In this document: piece after piece, positions 1-7,883 of the stretch
How the letters are laid out: each line of letters starts with the position of its first letter
How positions within the stretch are numbered: position 1 is the stretch's first letter
Sequence record: SRR2962707_2693
Reading direction: 5' to 3' (one strand)
Length of the DNA: 20,000 nt
Made by a program: the position numbers and the translations under genes
The notes under the pieces: model-generated
What the model saw: only the letters and a program-made list of their open reading frames with translations
What the model was told of the DNA's origin: nothing
Database searches by the model: none

Positions 1-572
1 CCCTGGAAGGTATGGCGGTGGCGGATAGGGTGGTCATGCTGATTGACGGCAAGGTGCAGCAGATTGGCAGCCCGCGTGAAGTCTACGCCGCGCCTGCCAG
101 CACCAGTATCGCTCGCCTGCTGGGCGACCCAGCGATGAACCTGATCGATATATGGCTCAAGCAGGAAGCGGACGGCCTGAAAGTGCTTTGTAATGGCGTG
201 CGGCTTCACGTTGCCGAATCCTTTCTGGCCCGGCTCAAGGCCTCGGGTCGGTTACGCTTGACTCTGGGCTTTCCGCCGCTGCACACCCGTCTGGACGATC
301 CCTCCGCCGTGGCCGGCCTGCGCGGCGATATTTACACGGTTGAACCCTTTGGCAAGTACACGCTGGTGACGGTTGAGGTCAATGGTGCGCACGTAAAAGC
401 CAAGCTGCCAGCGGGGTTCCAGATCACGGTAGGTAGCAGTGTGCTGGTCGGGATTCCGACCGAGCACGTGCTGCTGTTCGACCATGAAAGCGGCGTGCTG
501 ATTGATGAGGCTGCAGTCGCATTACATAACAAGAAAACAACCGCGCCCAATCCCCTTCACAGTGAGGCATGA
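1..572 (+). CDS. ABC transporter ATP-binding subunit (MalK/UgpC-like), C-terminal part, truncated by the window edge
   Basis: The frame is open from the window start (..LEGMAVADRVVMLIDGKVQQIGSPREVY..PAMNL). This is the post-H-loop segment and TOBE-like tail of MalK-type ATPases; the ATG at 12 is internal. Confidence 0.9.
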   Translation, partial: LEGMAVADRVVMLIDGKVQQIGSPREVYAAPASTSIARLLGDPAMNLIDIWLKQEADGLKVLCNGVRLHVAESFLARLKASGRLRLTLGFPPLHTRLDDPSAVAGLRGDIYTVEPFGKYTLVTVEVNGAHVKAKLPAGFQITVGSSVLVGIPTEHVLLFDHESGVLIDEAAVALHNKKTTAPNPLHSEA

Positions 573-1993
573 GGAAAATGACTATGCACAAAGCCAAGAG
601 CAAATCGATGTTGGCCGGGTTGATTGCCAGCGCGGCTGCCATTTGTTACGGCGCCCCTTTGCACGCCCAGGACTGGAGCTATGCTGAGGCCGGCAAGCCC
701 TATGCCGGCACCACCATCCGTGTGCTGGACGAGATTACGCCGTTGCAGGAGACCATGCGCAAGTTGGTACCTGAGTTCACCGAAGAAACCGGCATCAAGG
801 TCGAATACGAATTGCTCAGTCACGGCGACGTGATCAACCGTGGCCAGGCCGATCTGTTCTCCGGACGCGGCAATTACGATGCGATCATGGTGCACGGCCT
901 GCAGCTGGGCCCGCTGCTGGCGGCCAAAGTGTTGCAGCCGATCGACGAGCTGAAGAAAAACCCGGCGCTGACCAACCCGGATCTCGGGCTGGATGACCTG
1001 ATTGAACCGGCCAACGATTCGCTAGTGAATCACTCCGGCGCGCAGTACGGTTTTTTGACCTGGAACTACAACCAAATCTACTGGGCGCGTGCCGATCTGC
1101 TGACTCATCCCGATGAACAGGCTGCCTTTGAAACGCGCTACGGTTACCCGCTGGCGCCGGCCGAAACCATGCAGGAGATGCGTGATATTGCCGAGTTCTT
1201 CACCCGCAAATCAGGTGAAACGTTGGCCGGTGAGACACTGCGTAATGATTTTTACGGGATCGTGCTGGAAGGTATCCCCGGCGGCACTACGTTCACCACG
1301 GTGTGGGAAGTGTTCATGAACAACTGGGGCGGCGGTGTATTCGATGCCGACGGCAAGCCCAACCTGGATACACCGGAAAATATTGCAGCGTTGCAGTTCT
1401 GGGCCGATCTGTGGAAGTTTGCACCGCCCGGCCAGGCCGAGTATTCGCTGATCGACGTACCGACGGTGATGGGTAACGGTATTGCCGCGCAGTCCATTGC
1501 CTTCAGCGACTTCGTACTGGGTGTGGACCGTCCCGACGGCGGCACCTATGCCGGCAAGTTCGTCTATGGCGGTATTCCGGTTAATGCCGAGAACCCCGAG
1601 GCGCGCAGTGCTGGTGGTGAGCCGTCGCTGATGGCGCTGAGCAGCCACAGCAAGAATAAGGAAGCCACCTACCTTTTCATGCAGTGGATGGTGGATAAAG
1701 ACACCCAGGCCAAGTTGATGGAGGCTGGCGGTGGCGGGGTACCGATTCGGCACTCCTCGTTCGACCTGGACGTAATGCGTGAGGCTGATCGACAGTCGTT
1801 GTACAAGGCCATGGCCGCATCCTTGCAGTATGTTAAGGCCAAGCCAAAAACGCCGAGCTTCTTTGAGATCGACAACACCATGGGGCCGTTGGTGCAGCAG
1901 GTTGGCATTGGCCAACTGACCGCCGCGGAAGCGCTCAAGGACGGTCAGCGCAAAGTGCTGTCCATCTGCAGCCACTGCCTGCTGGCTGAGTGA
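569..1993 (+). CDS. ABC transporter extracellular solute-binding protein (family 1, CUT1-type)
   Basis: 474 aa with a signal peptide (basic N-terminus, hydrophobic core, LHA-Q) and the FTEETGIKVEY motif. ATGA overlap with the upstream gene; the true start could be 578 or 584. Confidence 0.9.
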   Translation: MRKMTMHKAKSKSMLAGLIASAAAICYGAPLHAQDWSYAEAGKPYAGTTIRVLDEITPLQETMRKLVPEFTEETGIKVEYELLSHGDVINRGQADLFSGRGNYDAIMVHGLQLGPLLAAKVLQPIDELKKNPALTNPDLGLDDLIEPANDSLVNHSGAQYGFLTWNYNQIYWARADLLTHPDEQAAFETRYGYPLAPAETMQEMRDIAEFFTRKSGETLAGETLRNDFYGIVLEGIPGGTTFTTVWEVFMNNWGGGVFDADGKPNLDTPENIAALQFWADLWKFAPPGQAEYSLIDVPTVMGNGIAAQSIAFSDFVLGVDRPDGGTYAGKFVYGGIPVNAENPEARSAGGEPSLMALSSHSKNKEATYLFMQWMVDKDTQAKLMEAGGGGVPIRHSSFDLDVMREADRQSLYKAMAASLQYVKAKPKTPSFFEIDNTMGPLVQQVGIGQLTAAEALKDGQRKVLSICSHCLLAE

Positions 1994-2003
1994 CGGGGCA
2001 ACT

Positions 2004-2882
2004 ATGAGACCATTGGAAAGCCGATGGTACCCCTACGCACTACTGGCACCGGCGTTTCTGGTGCTGGTAGTGGTCAGCCTGGTGCCGTTTCTTTTCGCTA
2101 TGTATCTGAGTTTTCATCAGATCAACTTCGGGCGCGTGGGGGATTTTGCAGGCTGGAGCAACTACAGCCGACTGATGGACAACGAGCGCACCTGGAACAG
2201 CCTCTGGGTGGCAACCAAGTTCATCCTGATCGCCTTCCCGCTGCAGTTCATTCTCGGGCTCGGCGGCGCCTTGCTGCTGAACAAGCGGGTCTGGGGTCGC
2301 AGTGTGATCCTACCGCTGTTGTTCATTCCAACCATGATGGCGCCGATTGTTGTGGGCCTGGTATGGAAGGTGATGTTCGCGGGCTCCTGGGGGCTGCTGT
2401 CGTACAACATCGTCGAGCGGTTCGGCTTCCTGCAGGGGACCTCGGTGTTTTCCTCGCCGGACTATGCACTGCTGGCGCTGGCCCTGGTGGATGTCTGGCA
2501 GTGGACGCCGTTCATGATGCTGGCGTTCTTTGCCGGGTTGCAGGCTCTACCGGTCAGCCCTTACCGGGCCGCTGCCGTGGATGGCGCCACACCCATGCAG
2601 ATGTTTTTCCGCCTGACCCTGCCGCTGATGGCGCCTTTGATGGTGGTGATCGGCATGCTGCGCTTTATCGACGCGTTCAAGGTCTTCGACACCATCTACA
2701 CCCTGACCGCCGGTGGCCCTGGGACATCGACTGAGGTGCCGAGCCTGTTGGCGTATCGCATGAGTTTCGAGCAGTGGCGTATAGGCGAGTCAGCTGCCTT
2801 TGCGGTGCTGGTCTGGATCGGTTTCTTCGTGTTGTGCTCGCTGTTTTATCACGTCGCCAAGAAAAAACTGAACGCCTTCTAG
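2004..2882 (+). CDS. Carbohydrate-type ABC permease (MalF/UgpA-like)
   Basis: Multiple transmembrane segments, DVWQWTPF, EAA-like loop YRAAAVDGA, and FKVFDTIYTLTAGGPG. Confidence 0.93.
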   Translation: MRPLESRWYPYALLAPAFLVLVVVSLVPFLFAMYLSFHQINFGRVGDFAGWSNYSRLMDNERTWNSLWVATKFILIAFPLQFILGLGGALLLNKRVWGRSVILPLLFIPTMMAPIVVGLVWKVMFAGSWGLLSYNIVERFGFLQGTSVFSSPDYALLALALVDVWQWTPFMMLAFFAGLQALPVSPYRAAAVDGATPMQMFFRLTLPLMAPLMVVIGMLRFIDAFKVFDTIYTLTAGGPGTSTEVPSLLAYRMSFEQWRIGESAAFAVLVWIGFFVLCSLFYHVAKKKLNAF

Positions 2883-2892
2883 GAGCTGCCAG

Positions 2893-3768
2893 ATGAACCA
2901 ATCCGCAAGCTATGCGCCCGCGACCACCACGGGGCCGATTAAGCGCATATCCCGGCAGGAGAGGGTGTCTGTATTCTGGACGCTGTTGCTGATCGTGATT
3001 GCATTCATAGTGCTGTTCCCGGTGCTCTGGGTCGGCAGCTTCATGTTCCGCCCGGATTCGGCCATGTTCGCCCGGCCGACCGAGTGGCTGTTCGAGCCTA
3101 CGCTGGTGCACTTTCGCTATGTGATCGACAACGGTTTCATTGGCTACCTGGGTACCTCCTTTGCGCTGGCCTCGATTAGCACCCTGCTGGTCGTGGTGCT
3201 GGGTACCCCGGCTGCCTATGCTTTTGCCCGTTTCAGCCTGCGCTTTCGCGATGACCTGTTTCTGTTCGTGCTCGCCACGCGGATGGCACCGCCGATCTGC
3301 ATGGTGATTCCCTTTTACATGATCTTTTCCAATATCGGCCTGATCGACACCTACTTCGGGCTGACGTTGGCCTACCTGACCTTCAATCTGTCGTTCTACA
3401 TCTGGGTCATGAGCAGCTTCTGCAAGGACCTGCCGGTGGCGCTGGAAGAGGTGGCGATTCTCGAAGGACACAATCGCTTTGCGGTATTCCTGCGGGTGGT
3501 GTTGCCGCTGCTGCGCTCGGCCATCGTCGCCACCGGCATGCTGTGTTTTATCTTCGCTTGGAACGAGTTCATGTTTGCCTTCATGCTCGGTGGCCAGCAG
3601 GTCAAGACCCTGCCGGTGGCCGTGCCCGAGCTTATCACCACCCAGGGCGTGCGCTGGGGGCCGATGGCGATTGTTGGCACGCTGTCACTAGTACCAGTGA
3701 TGATCGCGGTGTTTCTGTTGCAAAGGCACATCGTGCGCGGCCTGACAATGGGCGCAGTAAAGGGGTAA
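2893..3768 (+). CDS. Carbohydrate-type ABC permease (MalG/UgpE-like)
   Basis: Transmembrane segments, AAYAFARF, LPVALEEVAILEG (EAA loop), FIFAWNEF, C-terminal RGLTMGAVKG; RBS AGGAG. Confidence 0.93.
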   Translation: MNQSASYAPATTTGPIKRISRQERVSVFWTLLLIVIAFIVLFPVLWVGSFMFRPDSAMFARPTEWLFEPTLVHFRYVIDNGFIGYLGTSFALASISTLLVVVLGTPAAYAFARFSLRFRDDLFLFVLATRMAPPICMVIPFYMIFSNIGLIDTYFGLTLAYLTFNLSFYIWVMSSFCKDLPVALEEVAILEGHNRFAVFLRVVLPLLRSAIVATGMLCFIFAWNEFMFAFMLGGQQVKTLPVAVPELITTQGVRWGPMAIVGTLSLVPVMIAVFLLQRHIVRGLTMGAVKG

Positions 3769-3770
3769 AT

Positions 3771-4709
3771 ATGATCCAGCATCACGTCATTCCTACACAG
3801 TATGGCAATATGCTTTGGGGGTATCTCGAAGCAGGGTTACCGCCGGTCCTGCGAATAGAGTCTGGGGATACTGTTGAGTTGGGGTCGTTTCCGGCTGGGG
3901 GATACGAGTGTCTGCCTTGCGACCGTAACCGTGTGCCTCCTGAATATTTGGAGGCAATTGAAGAACTGGAGCAAGGGGCAGGGCCGCACTTTGTCACCGG
4001 TCCAGTCTACGTAGAAGGCGCCATGCCGGGTGACGTACTCCAGGTGGATATTCTTGAAGCTCGGCCGACGATGGATTGGGGTTACATGGCCATTCAACCT
4101 CCCCTTGGGGCTTTGCCCGAGGACTTTGTCGAAGAGCGTATGGTACACCCTGATATTGACGCTAAGCGCGGGATAACTAGGCTGCCCTGGGGGACGGAAA
4201 TTGACCTCGACCCTTTCTTCGGCATCATGGCGGTGGCTCCACCGCCCGAATGGGGGCGTTGTGGTTCATCAAAGCCGATGGCTTTTGGTGGAAACATGGA
4301 CATAAAAGAGCTTAAACCTGGGACCACGCTGTACCTTCCGGTATTCGCCAAAGGAGCTCAATTTTTTGCCGGTGACGGGCATGGCGTGCAAGGTGACGGG
4401 GAGGTATGTCTTACTGCGCTGGAGATGGGCATTGCCGGCCGTTTCCGGCTGACCGTGCGGCGCGATATATCGCTGACAAACCCTTTTGCGGAATCGGTCA
4501 CTCATTTAATCTCAATCGGACTGAACGAGGACTTGGACGAGGCGGCGCGCCAGGCTGTGCGGGAGATGATTCTGCACTTGAAAAGGTACGCACAGCTCAG
4601 CCCGGAACAAGCGTACATGCTGTGCTCAGTGGTTGGTGATCTACGTATTAGTCAGTTGGTTGATGGTAACAAGGGGGTACATATGATGCTGCCCAAGCGT
4701 TATTTGTGA
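3771..4709 (+). CDS. Acetamidase/formamidase family protein (312 aa)
   Basis: Motifs GPHFVTGPVYVEGAMPGDVLQVDI, GGNMD, TTLYLPV, GDGHGVQGDGEVC. The real start is the ATG at 3771, 2 nt after the permease stop, not 3543. Confidence 0.92.
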   Translation: MIQHHVIPTQYGNMLWGYLEAGLPPVLRIESGDTVELGSFPAGGYECLPCDRNRVPPEYLEAIEELEQGAGPHFVTGPVYVEGAMPGDVLQVDILEARPTMDWGYMAIQPPLGALPEDFVEERMVHPDIDAKRGITRLPWGTEIDLDPFFGIMAVAPPPEWGRCGSSKPMAFGGNMDIKELKPGTTLYLPVFAKGAQFFAGDGHGVQGDGEVCLTALEMGIAGRFRLTVRRDISLTNPFAESVTHLISIGLNEDLDEAARQAVREMILHLKRYAQLSPEQAYMLCSVVGDLRISQLVDGNKGVHMMLPKRYL

Positions 4710-4875
4710 CCGCTCAGATCGAGCATGGCAGCGCATTTATGTTGTGGCCCTCGAAGTTCCGGCGGGGGCGGCCCGCTTAAGGGAAGAAAGTTGCTTAAGA
4801 CGGTTCGGAACGACAAAAAAAAGGGAGCGTTATCCGCCCCGTATTTTGGCCTACACAGGAATGGTAAGCCGCCTC

Positions 4876-4898
4876 AAAAAGGGCGTCGGTGGACGCCC
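4876..4898 (-). terminator. Intrinsic terminator downstream of the displaced ssrA 3' fragment
   Basis: GGGCGTC-GGTG-GACGCCC hairpin preceded by A5 on the + strand, giving a U-tail on the minus strand; 12 nt from the att repeat. Confidence 0.65.
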
Positions 4899-4909
4899 CC
4901 TTGGATGTT

Positions 4910-4927
4910 GATTTGGTGGAGCCGGCG
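4910..4927. repeat. att site, distal copy: duplicate of the tmRNA 3' end
   Basis: GATTTGGTGGAGCCGGCG is identical to 10916-10933. It is followed by a degenerate T-arm-like TCAATTGAA versus GGAATCGAA in ssrA. Confidence 0.92.
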
Positions 4928-4990
4928 TCAATTGAAGCGAGAGACTAACAAACTGAAATACAAAGCCTATTCAGGCTTCGATTTTCAGAT

Positions 4991-5028
4991 ATGCCCACAA
5001 ATGTGCCCCCAGAAGAGCAAAGTGCCCC
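4991..5028. repeat. Putative integrase arm-type binding sites (distal end)
   Basis: ATGCCCACA (4991), GTGCCCCCA (5003) and GTGCCCC (5022). The first two are 12 bp apart and resemble the repeats at 10753-10813. Confidence 0.65.
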
Positions 5029-5351
5029 GTTTCCCATGTTAGATTTTGTAAGGTTCTGACCTTGCCATTTATCAGTGGCGAAGTTTTACATTCTCGGCGT
5101 GGGTCTGGTGCTGGCGGCCCCTCAGAAACCTTGCCCTAACCTTGCTGTCAGACCTAGGTGTCCTGTTGAAAAATGTTGATACCTTTTCAAGTGGCCGGCG
5201 GTGGTTCGCACGCGCGTAGTGACTAGAAAAAACCTTCGTGACCTACTTTTCCCTACCTGCCTCGCGCGCGTACTTGTCGGAAAACTCAGCCCCTTTTTTA
5301 GGACTGAAAAAACTCTCCTCCAGGTGGCAGCGATCCGGCCTGAAGATGAAT

Positions 5352-6099
5352 TCAGCCCGCGTTCTCATAATCGGCCAGCCAATCATCAACAGACTGTTCC
5401 TAAGGAGAGGAAGGCTTACCCGTGTACTCGTACTCCCTTATTACCTTATTACCTTATTACCGTGGTTTGGCTCACCCGTAGTTGGGTTCGACTGTATGCC
5501 GCGTGGCTGCTGGCGTTGCCGGGTTTCCTTGTCGGGAAGATTTGGCCCGACAAGTGCCCTCATGGCCTCCCCGGAAATGGTCAGCGGGCGCAGTGTTGTC
5601 ACGTCCAGTCGCTCCCCTTTGCTCAGTGTGCCGGTGAAGGTCAGGCTGCGCAGCTTGCCCATGTAGTCGTGGACGTCGCTTAGGCGGTGAAATGGCAGGC
5701 CGGTGCTCTGCCAGAAACGATAGAACGCGCTCCGCGAGCCCACCCTGAATTGGCCAGGGGGAGCGGGTCGCCTTCGTTGCCGTGCCGGGTAGTTCGGGCG
5801 CGTTTGGTGTTGGCGTTGAAGATGGCGAACAGCTTTTTTCCTGTGGTCAGGCAGCGGAATTTCAGGATGACGCCTCCAGCCAGCTTGAGGCCATAGTGGC
5901 CCACTGAGTGGCCGGCATATTCCAGGGCGGTGGCTTCAGCGATGCTGGCAGCCTGGGTAATCAGGTCGGTGCTGTGCTTGGCCAGCCAGTCAGCAGGGAC
6001 AGGGCGGCCACTGGCCGGGGTGGGCGTGAGGCGGCCTTGTTCGACCGCCAGGGCATCGCCACGGCGAGTAGCTGGGTAAGGGTGGGCACGGGTATTCAC
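5352..6099 (-). pseudogene. Decayed island gene of unknown function (~246 aa if repaired)
   Basis: Track ORFs 5680..(6099) and 5441..5743 join if one base is added to the G5 run at 5757-5761 (..DPLPPGQFRVGSRSAFYRFW..). Removing one 8-bp repeat unit extends the frame to HGNKVIREYEYTGKPSSP*EQSVDDWLADYENAG, with an in-frame TAG at 5402-5400 and the final TGA at 5354-5352. Confidence 0.7.
5438..5461 (+). repeat. Tandem repeat (TTATTACC)x3
   Basis: Three perfect 8-bp units read directly from the sequence. Confidence 0.95.
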
Positions 6100-6269
6100 T
6101 CTCCCAGTGCGGTGATGCGTTTCACGGTTGTGGGCTGTGGGATCGGGTCGCCGGATGGCAGTTCGTTCGCTGTGGCGCTTGTGAGGGCGTCCAGCGCCTC
6201 CTCCTGACTGTCTGCCTCGATGACCAGGGGTACAACCGTGGTTAGTTCTAGTTCGATGAGGAAGCGCAT
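6096..6269 (-). CDS. Small hypothetical protein, 57 aa, absent from the ORF track
   Basis: MRFLIELELTTVVPLVIEADSQEEALDALTSATANELPSGDPIPQPTTVKRITALGE. TAATG overlap with the upstream gene, SD GGGAGG, and GTGA overlap with the next gene. Confidence 0.7.
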   Translation of the reverse strand: MRFLIELELTTVVPLVIEADSQEEALDALTSATANELPSGDPIPQPTTVKRITALGE

Positions 6270-6613
6270 TAGCTGGCCTCCCTGAGTAGTTTGCGGGCGG
6301 CGGACTTGCCGTCACCGTCCAGCCAGTACACCCCGTACTGGATCTTCTGGCCGTCATAGTCGACGCCCGAAGCCATGAGTGTATGTATCTGGATGCCATA
6401 CCGCTTCCGCAGCTCCCCGACATAGTGGGGTGAGTTGCTGGCGTGGGCGATCCGGTCGGCCTGTTCACGGGTCACGGCAGGTCTACGTTCCAGAGCCGCC
6501 AGCAACCGGCGATGACGGGGGCCTATGGTAAGATGCTGGGGAGAGTGTTTAGCGTTGCCTTGGCCCTCGCCCCCGGCTGCTACCGGGGCGGGGGCTTTCT
6601 GTTTTTCTGTCAT
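6269..6613 (-). CDS. Putative winged-helix DNA-binding protein (114 aa)
   Basis: Start MTEKQKAP at 6613 overlaps the alpA stop (ATGA), SD GGGGAG. HTH-like RLLAALERRPAVTREQADRIAHASNSPHYVGELRKRYG followed by a beta wing ending YWL. Confidence 0.7.
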   Translation of the reverse strand: MTEKQKAPAPVAAGGEGQGNAKHSPQHLTIGPRHRRLLAALERRPAVTREQADRIAHASNSPHYVGELRKRYGIQIHTLMASGVDYDGQKIQYGVYWLDGDGKSAARKLLREAS

Positions 6614-6897
6614 GCCGCATTCTCCCCGCTTTGTGCTAGTAGGGCGCGAATATCCTCGACACGCCACATCGTGGTGTTGCCGCCAAAGGGCTTTATGTCC
6701 TTGGGGAATCGACCTGTTTTCGCTCCGGCCCACCAAGTGGCGGGACTGACGGGGATTACGGCGGGAATGCCGGGTCTGGCCCGCTTGGGGCCTTTGCCAG
6801 TCTTGCAGTTGCTGGCGGCTTGTTCCTCAGTAACTTCGGATTGGCTGATGATTTGCGAAAGGCGCAGGTAGCCGGTGGTGGGTAGAGTCTGGAGCAT
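6610..6897 (-). CDS. AlpA-family regulator / putative excisionase
   Basis: GYLRLSQII...IPVSPATWWAGAKTGRFPKDIK..TTMWRVEDI matches the AlpA pattern, with an insertion in the first loop; SD GAGG. Confidence 0.85.
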   Translation of the reverse strand: MLQTLPTTGYLRLSQIISQSEVTEEQAASNCKTGKGPKRARPGIPAVIPVSPATWWAGAKTGRFPKDIKPFGGNTTMWRVEDIRALLAQSGENAA

Positions 6898-7003
6898 TGT
6901 CTATTGCCTCGTTTTTCTGTGTCCAAGGCAATGTTGGGGGCTCTAGCTGAATGTGAGGGAGAGGTGGATTTTGTGGTTTTGCCCAATTCTACCCCTCCCT
7001 TTG

Positions 7004-7789
7004 TTAATCCGGTTTCTTGAGTAGAGATGGGTTGGCTTGGAGGGTCTTGTATAACTCCACTTTTTCTATTCGGTGTGCTACGTCCACCATGTGAGGTAAT
7101 AGCCATTCCACAATTCTATAGAAACGGCTGCGTGGTGATTTTGATAAGGTTATGCCCTCGCTCTCGCAGAATTCATATGCCCAATTGATATGCCATTGAA
7201 TGCTGTCGAAACGGTATTTTGTTTGAAGTTTTGATTCGTGCTTGAAGGTGCCTGCCTCTCGCTTGAGTAGGTCGATTAGCTCTACAATCCAGAAATTCCC
7301 AATGTTGTACTCAGATTCTTGTTTTTTTCGACGGTTGGGGATGTCTGATTGGTGGCGATCCATATTTCTTCGAATTTTTATGTATCCAAGCCTGAGCTCT
7401 TCAATAGTGGCTTCAGGAAAAGAGTCATCACCAATATCTATTCCCAGTAAATCAAGGGCGTAGCTCTGAGCCTTATCCAGCGTTGCTTGCAGCTTATCCG
7501 CCTTTCTTCCCCACTCTGAAGGCGGTGGTGCTGATTGAGGTTGAGCTAGTATTTCTCGGACTCTTCCTTTTGTCTGCGCCAGCTTCTGAGCTAGTCGCAA
7601 GGGAGTTGGGAGAGGCTCCCTGAAACCAGAAATCAGGTTGTATATTTGTTCCAGGTCATCGGTGACTTCTTCAGGGTGAAGAATTTTCAGCTCTTCAAGA
7701 GTGGTGGCTTCTTTGTATTCAGAGGCTAGCTGAATGACTTTTCTTCTCGCGGACTCTGAGAGTTTCTCCCAGTTGTCTTCCTCGCTCAT
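7004..7789 (-). CDS. Hypothetical protein, AT-rich (261 aa)
   Basis: Long ORF in clearly AT-richer DNA. Likely start MSEEDNW at 7789 with GGGG 7 nt upstream. No family recognised. Confidence 0.75.
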   Translation of the reverse strand: MSEEDNWEKLSESARRKVIQLASEYKEATTLEELKILHPEEVTDDLEQIYNLISGFREPLPTPLRLAQKLAQTKGRVREILAQPQSAPPPSEWGRKADKLQATLDKAQSYALDLLGIDIGDDSFPEATIEELRLGYIKIRRNMDRHQSDIPNRRKKQESEYNIGNFWIVELIDLLKREAGTFKHESKLQTKYRFDSIQWHINWAYEFCESEGITLSKSPRSRFYRIVEWLLPHMVDVAHRIEKVELYKTLQANPSLLKKPD

Positions 7790-7817
7790 GTCATGACCCC
7801 TATGACACCCCAATAAA

Positions 7818-7875
7818 TCCGCCAGCCAGACCAGTGGGGTTACCGGCTTTTTGGGAGCTACCCTAGGCTGGCGAA
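7818..7875 (-). ncRNA. Putative cis-regulatory three-way-junction RNA (possibly the int-alpA motif)
   Basis: Outer stem UUCGCCAGCC/GGCUGGCGGA encloses hairpins GGG-UAGCU-CCC and CCGGU-AACCCC-ACUGG. Located between int and alpA. Confidence 0.6.
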
Positions 7876-7883
7876 ACTCTTAG

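Noticed and set aside
4725-5042. 105-aa ORF spanning the distal att
   Set aside because: It crosses terminators, the att repeat and arm sites, and has no protein-like features.
5037-5461. CRISPR array
   Set aside because: The repeats are short, heterogeneous and not regularly spaced, and there are no cas genes.
5438-5461. Phase-variation switch at (TTATTACC)3
   Set aside because: Only three units, near the 3' end, and the gene has other independent lesions; decay is the simpler explanation.
5201-6207. Plus-strand ORFs 5201..5683, 5238..5666, 5687..5896, 5908..6207
   Set aside because: They are antisense shadows of the minus-strand island operon and pseudogene.
5680-6468. 262-aa ORF as called
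   Set aside because: Its 5' half overlaps the wHTH and 57-aa genes in other frames; only the part from 6099 looks coding.
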